DNA from: Ignavibacteriales bacterium
Lineage (GTDB): Bacteria > Bacteroidota > Ignavibacteria > UBA10030 > UBA6906
Direction: 5' to 3'
NCBI GenBank assembly: GCA_037441705.1
Contig: JBBIRR010000060.1
Location: forward strand, 1-20,023
Length of the DNA: 20,023 nucleotides
In this document: piece by piece, positions 16,730-20,023 of the stretch
Layout of the letters: every line of letters begins with the position of its first letter
Numbering within the stretch: position 1 is the stretch's first letter
Notes under the pieces: model-generated
Told to the model about the DNA's origin: nothing
What the model saw: the letters and a program-made list of their open reading frames with translations, nothing else
Databases searched by the model: none
Program-made: the position numbers and the translations under genes

Positions 16730-16766
16730 AAAATCCCGATCGCCAAACAGGCGGTCGGGGTTTTTT
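16730..16766 (+). terminator. Rho-independent terminator
   Basis: AAAATCCCGATCGCC-AAACA-GGCGGTCGGGGTTTTTT: long GC stem (two G-U pairs) plus U tract, 21 nt after the M13 peptidase stop. Confidence 0.88.
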
Positions 16767-16834
16767 GTCTGTCGTGGCAGGAGGTAGGTTCTCAGGTGCT
16801 GACCGGCCTTGGGCGCAAGGCGGTAGGATTACCG

Positions 16835-16863
16835 TTGAAAGTCAGACGCTTTTCTTCTATCTT
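16835..16863 (+). promoter_or_regulatory. Putative sigma70-type promoter of the DUF2723-gmd operon
   Basis: TTGAAA-N17-TATCTT between the terminator and ATG 16941. Confidence 0.6.
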
Positions 16864-16940
16864 AACACTGCTTTGTACTCTCGGCTCAGACGTAGATGAG
16901 TCGGCGACCGAACGTTTTCCCCGTCCAAGCGAGGTACTTC

Positions 16941-19640
16941 ATGACGCATAAGAAACTGAACCGCATAATTGCGGCATTCGCCTTTTTCATTCCGATGGTA
17001 ATGTACGGGTTGACCATCGCCCCCACGGTGGTGTTCTGGGACGTCGGCGAGTTCATTGCCGCCGCGTACATGATGCAGGTGCCGCATCCGCCCGGGTCGC
17101 CGTTGTTTTTGTTCCTCACGCGCATTGCGATGATGATCCCGTTTGCATCCGATCTTGCCGTGCGCGCTCATGCGCTCTCGGCGCTGCTCAGTGCGCTTGC
17201 CATCATGTTCCTGTATCTCGTCATTGTCCGCGTCCTCATCAAGATGCGCGGGATGCCGGAGACCCTGGCCGACAAGATCACGGTGTACGGCAGCGCGTTC
17301 ATCGGAGCCATGTCGCTTGCCTTTTGCACGACCTATTGGGATAACTCCATCGAGGCTGAAGTTTACGGCGCAAGCATGTTCTTCCTTGGCACGATTATGT
17401 GGCTTGCGATGCGCTGGCTGGAACGCTCGGAAACCGAAAGCGGCGAGCGTTACATCCTGCTCATCTCGTACCTGATCGGACTCTCGCTTGGCGTGCACCT
17501 GCTCGCGCTGCTGAGCATCTTCCCCGTTTTGATGATCATCTATTTCAAGCGATACGAGTTTTCTCTCAACAGCTTCATCAAATTCGGCGCGGTGGCCGTG
17601 GCAATCTTCTTCGTCGTCTATCCCGGCATTGTGAAGTGGATGCCGGGCATGATGGACGGTGAATTTGGAAAGACGAAAGCCGAGATCTTCAAATACATTC
17701 CATGGGCGATCCTCCTCGCTGCGCTGTACGGCATCTACTATTCCTACATGCACAAAAAGCGCATGCTGCATATCGCGCTGCTGAGCGGCGTGATGATTTT
17801 CTTCGGTTACAGTACCTATACCAGCGTGATCATTCGGGCGAATCAGAATCCCCCCATGAATGAGAACGACCCGAGCAATCTTGCGCGCCTGACCGCCTAT
17901 CTCGGCCGTGAGCAGTACGGCGACGCGCCGTTCCTGCAACGACGCTACAGTCAGGAGCCGCAGCATCAAGGCATTTACACCAACTACACCAGCGACCTGG
18001 ATTTTCTGATCCGGTACCAGTTGAATCATATGTTCTTCCGGTATGTCGGATGGAACTACATCGGGCAGGCGGGCGACGAGCAGGATTCCGGCGTGACGGC
18101 AAAAGACACGCTCGGGATTCCCTTTCTCGTGGGCCTGTTTGGATTGTGGTGGCAGTTCAAGAAAGATTGGAAGATGGGATTGGTGTTTGTGGTGATGTTC
18201 ATTGTGCTGGGCCCGATTCTTGCCCTCTACCAAAACCAACAGGAGCCGCAACCGCGGGAGCGTGATTACTTCTACGTCGGCGCGTTCTATGTCTTCTCGC
18301 TGTGGGTTGCCGTGGGTGTCGTCGGCATCATTGATCTGCTGCGGCAGTGGCGGCCCAAGCTTGCGACGGCGACGGCGGCACTCTCCGTGCTGGTGTTCAC
18401 CGCGGCAATTCCCGCAAACATGGTGCGCATCAACTATCACGAACACGACCGCAGCGGCAACTACGTGGCGTGGGACTATTCCTACAATATTCTGCAGACG
18501 TGTGAACAGGATGCCATCCTCTTCACCAATGGCGACAACGATACGTTCCCGCTGTGGTACTTGCAGGATGTCGAGGGGATACGCCGCGACGTGCGCGTGG
18601 TAAACTTGAGCCTGGTGAACACCTCCTGGTACATCAAGCAGATGAAGCAAAAGCCGTACTATCCCGAAGCGAAAGCCGTCCCCATCAGTCTCAGCGATCG
18701 CGAAATCGAAGCCATTGGGCCGATTCAATTTCAGGAACGCAAGCTCGCGCTGCCGGTGCCGCGCGAGGCGTATGCGCGCTATGGCGTTACCGATACGGCT
18801 GAAATCAACAAAGGGAAGATCGAGTTCACCATGCGGCCCACCTTGCAATTCGGTAATATCACCGCCATCCGCGTGCAGGACATTCTCGTGCAGGATATTA
18901 TCTTCACCAATCGGTGGCAGCGTCCCATCTACTTTGCCGTCACCTGCTCGCCCGACAGCAAGATAGGACTTGATGAGTACTTGTGGTTCAACGGACTCGC
19001 ATGGCGGCTGGAACCGAGGAAGGTTCCCAACACACAGGATGGAGGAGTGAATGTCGAGATTCTTGAGGCGAATCTCTTCAACGAACCCGAAGGGTTCTCC
19101 AAGACGCCGCGGTACGGGTACAAATTCCGCGGCATCAACGACCCGAGTGTGTACTACGACGAAAACATCACACGGTTGATGATCAACTATCGCTCGGCGT
19201 TCATCCGGCTGGCGCTGCACTATGCCAACGTCGCCGGCAACGGCGAGAAGGCTCTGGCCGTGCTCGATAGAATGGAATACCTCATCCCGCGTTCGAAGAT
19301 TCCGATGGGATGGGAGCTTGCCTCGGACATTGCCGCGTTCTATCTCCGTCTGGGCCGCAAAGAGAAATATGATGAGTTGATGGCCGAAGTCGAACCCGAA
19401 TGCTGGCGCGTTCTGGAAAGCGGCCAGTACAACCTCAGCTCCTACTACAATCCGGTGCGTGTTCTGATGGATATCTACGACACGCGCAAGGACTATCAGA
19501 AATCGATTGATGTGCTGCGATGGCTCGAGCAGCGATTTCCCAACGACCCGAACATTCAGCAGCGGATTGCCGCCCTGCAGGCGCAGCTTGCGGCAGAGAA
19601 TGCTGCGCGCAAATCTGACACATCGCGGACACCACAATGA
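16941..19640 (+). CDS. DUF2723/TMEM260-like GT-C membrane glycosyltransferase (putative protein O-mannosyltransferase) with TPR-like C-terminus
   Basis: TIAPTVVFWDVGEFIAA, VPHPPGSPLF, EAEVYG, GVHLL, YLGREQYG, QPRERDYFYVGAF and ILFTNGDNDTFPLWYLQDVEG. Many TM helices and a helical C-terminal region. RBS GAGGT before ATG 16941. Confidence 0.88.
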   Translation: MTHKKLNRIIAAFAFFIPMVMYGLTIAPTVVFWDVGEFIAAAYMMQVPHPPGSPLFLFLTRIAMMIPFASDLAVRAHALSALLSALAIMFLYLVIVRVLIKMRGMPETLADKITVYGSAFIGAMSLAFCTTYWDNSIEAEVYGASMFFLGTIMWLAMRWLERSETESGERYILLISYLIGLSLGVHLLALLSIFPVLMIIYFKRYEFSLNSFIKFGAVAVAIFFVVYPGIVKWMPGMMDGEFGKTKAEIFKYIPWAILLAALYGIYYSYMHKKRMLHIALLSGVMIFFGYSTYTSVIIRANQNPPMNENDPSNLARLTAYLGREQYGDAPFLQRRYSQEPQHQGIYTNYTSDLDFLIRYQLNHMFFRYVGWNYIGQAGDEQDSGVTAKDTLGIPFLVGLFGLWWQFKKDWKMGLVFVVMFIVLGPILALYQNQQEPQPRERDYFYVGAFYVFSLWVAVGVVGIIDLLRQWRPKLATATAALSVLVFTAAIPANMVRINYHEHDRSGNYVAWDYSYNILQTCEQDAILFTNGDNDTFPLWYLQDVEGIRRDVRVVNLSLVNTSWYIKQMKQKPYYPEAKAVPISLSDREIEAIGPIQFQERKLALPVPREAYARYGVTDTAEINKGKIEFTMRPTLQFGNITAIRVQDILVQDIIFTNRWQRPIYFAVTCSPDSKIGLDEYLWFNGLAWRLEPRKVPNTQDGGVNVEILEANLFNEPEGFSKTPRYGYKFRGINDPSVYYDENITRLMINYRSAFIRLALHYANVAGNGEKALAVLDRMEYLIPRSKIPMGWELASDIAAFYLRLGRKEKYDELMAEVEPECWRVLESGQYNLSSYYNPVRVLMDIYDTRKDYQKSIDVLRWLEQRFPNDPNIQQRIAALQAQLAAENAARKSDTSRTPQ

Positions 19641-20023
19641 AAAAGGCTCTCGTTACCGGCGTTACGGGTCAGGATGGCTCCTACCTCGCGGAACTTCTTC
19701 TTGCCAAGGGCTACAAGGTGACCGGCATGGTGCGCCGCTCCAGCACGGAAAATTTCGAGCGGGTCGAACACCTCCGGGACAAAATCACGATTCGGCAGGC
19801 CGACCTTCTTGATCAACTTTCATTGATTGATTTGATCGAAGAAACGGAGCCGGACGAGATTTACAATCTTGCCGCACAGTCCTTTGTGCCGACCTCGTGG
19901 ATTCAGCCTGCGCTGACGGGCGAGTTCACGGCGCTGGGCGTGACGAAGATACTGGAGGCGATCCGGCTGGTCAACAAGAAGATCAAGTTCTATCAGGCAA
20001 GCTCCAGCGAAATGTTCGGCAAG
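19637..20023 (+). CDS. gmd: GDP-mannose 4,6-dehydratase, 3'-truncated by the window edge (not in the ORF track)
   Basis: Manual translation gives MKKALVTGVTGQDGSYLAELLLAKGY...EIYNLAAQSFV...KFYQASSSEMFGK. ATGA overlap with the upstream stop. Confidence 0.96.
   Translation, partial: MKKALVTGVTGQDGSYLAELLLAKGYKVTGMVRRSSTENFERVEHLRDKITIRQADLLDQLSLIDLIEETEPDEIYNLAAQSFVPTSWIQPALTGEFTALGVTKILEAIRLVNKKIKFYQASSSEMFGK

Noticed and set aside
16857-19637. 926-aa antisense ORF spanning the DUF2723 gene
   Set aside because: Shadow ORF in register with a well-supported gene. It has no recognisable motifs, and long antisense frames are expected from GC-rich codon bias.
1-20023. CRISPR arrays, tRNA/rRNA genes, tandem repeats
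   Set aside because: Intergenic spaces are short, and no periodic repeats or RNA-gene signatures were seen by eye.

Overview
Gene-dense, moderately GC-rich bacterial window with no mobile element, CRISPR array or RNA gene detected. The DUF2157 gene pair and DUF2723 suggest a Bacteroidota/Ignavibacteria-like host (inference). Contents in order: a partial trpF-like gene, an SGNH hydrolase and uraH, all translationally coupled; a small AT-richer ABM-like gene with its own palindrome, promoter and terminators; a four-gene cluster of predicted exported proteins (Sec-signal DsrE, Tat-signal DsrE-like protein, signal-peptide truncated globin with an atypical apolar distal pocket, TsdA-like diheme cytochrome c); a minus-strand xanthine dehydrogenase locus where xdhA and xdhB are separated by two membrane-protein genes, one bracketed at its start and stop by a 14/16 inverted repeat; divergent xdhC-murB-5'-nucleotidase-M13 peptidase ending in a terminator; and a DUF2723/TMEM260-like GT-C gene coupled to a partial gmd. 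The best candidate for an undescribed system is the periplasmic DsrE/DsrE-like/globin/TsdA sulfur module.
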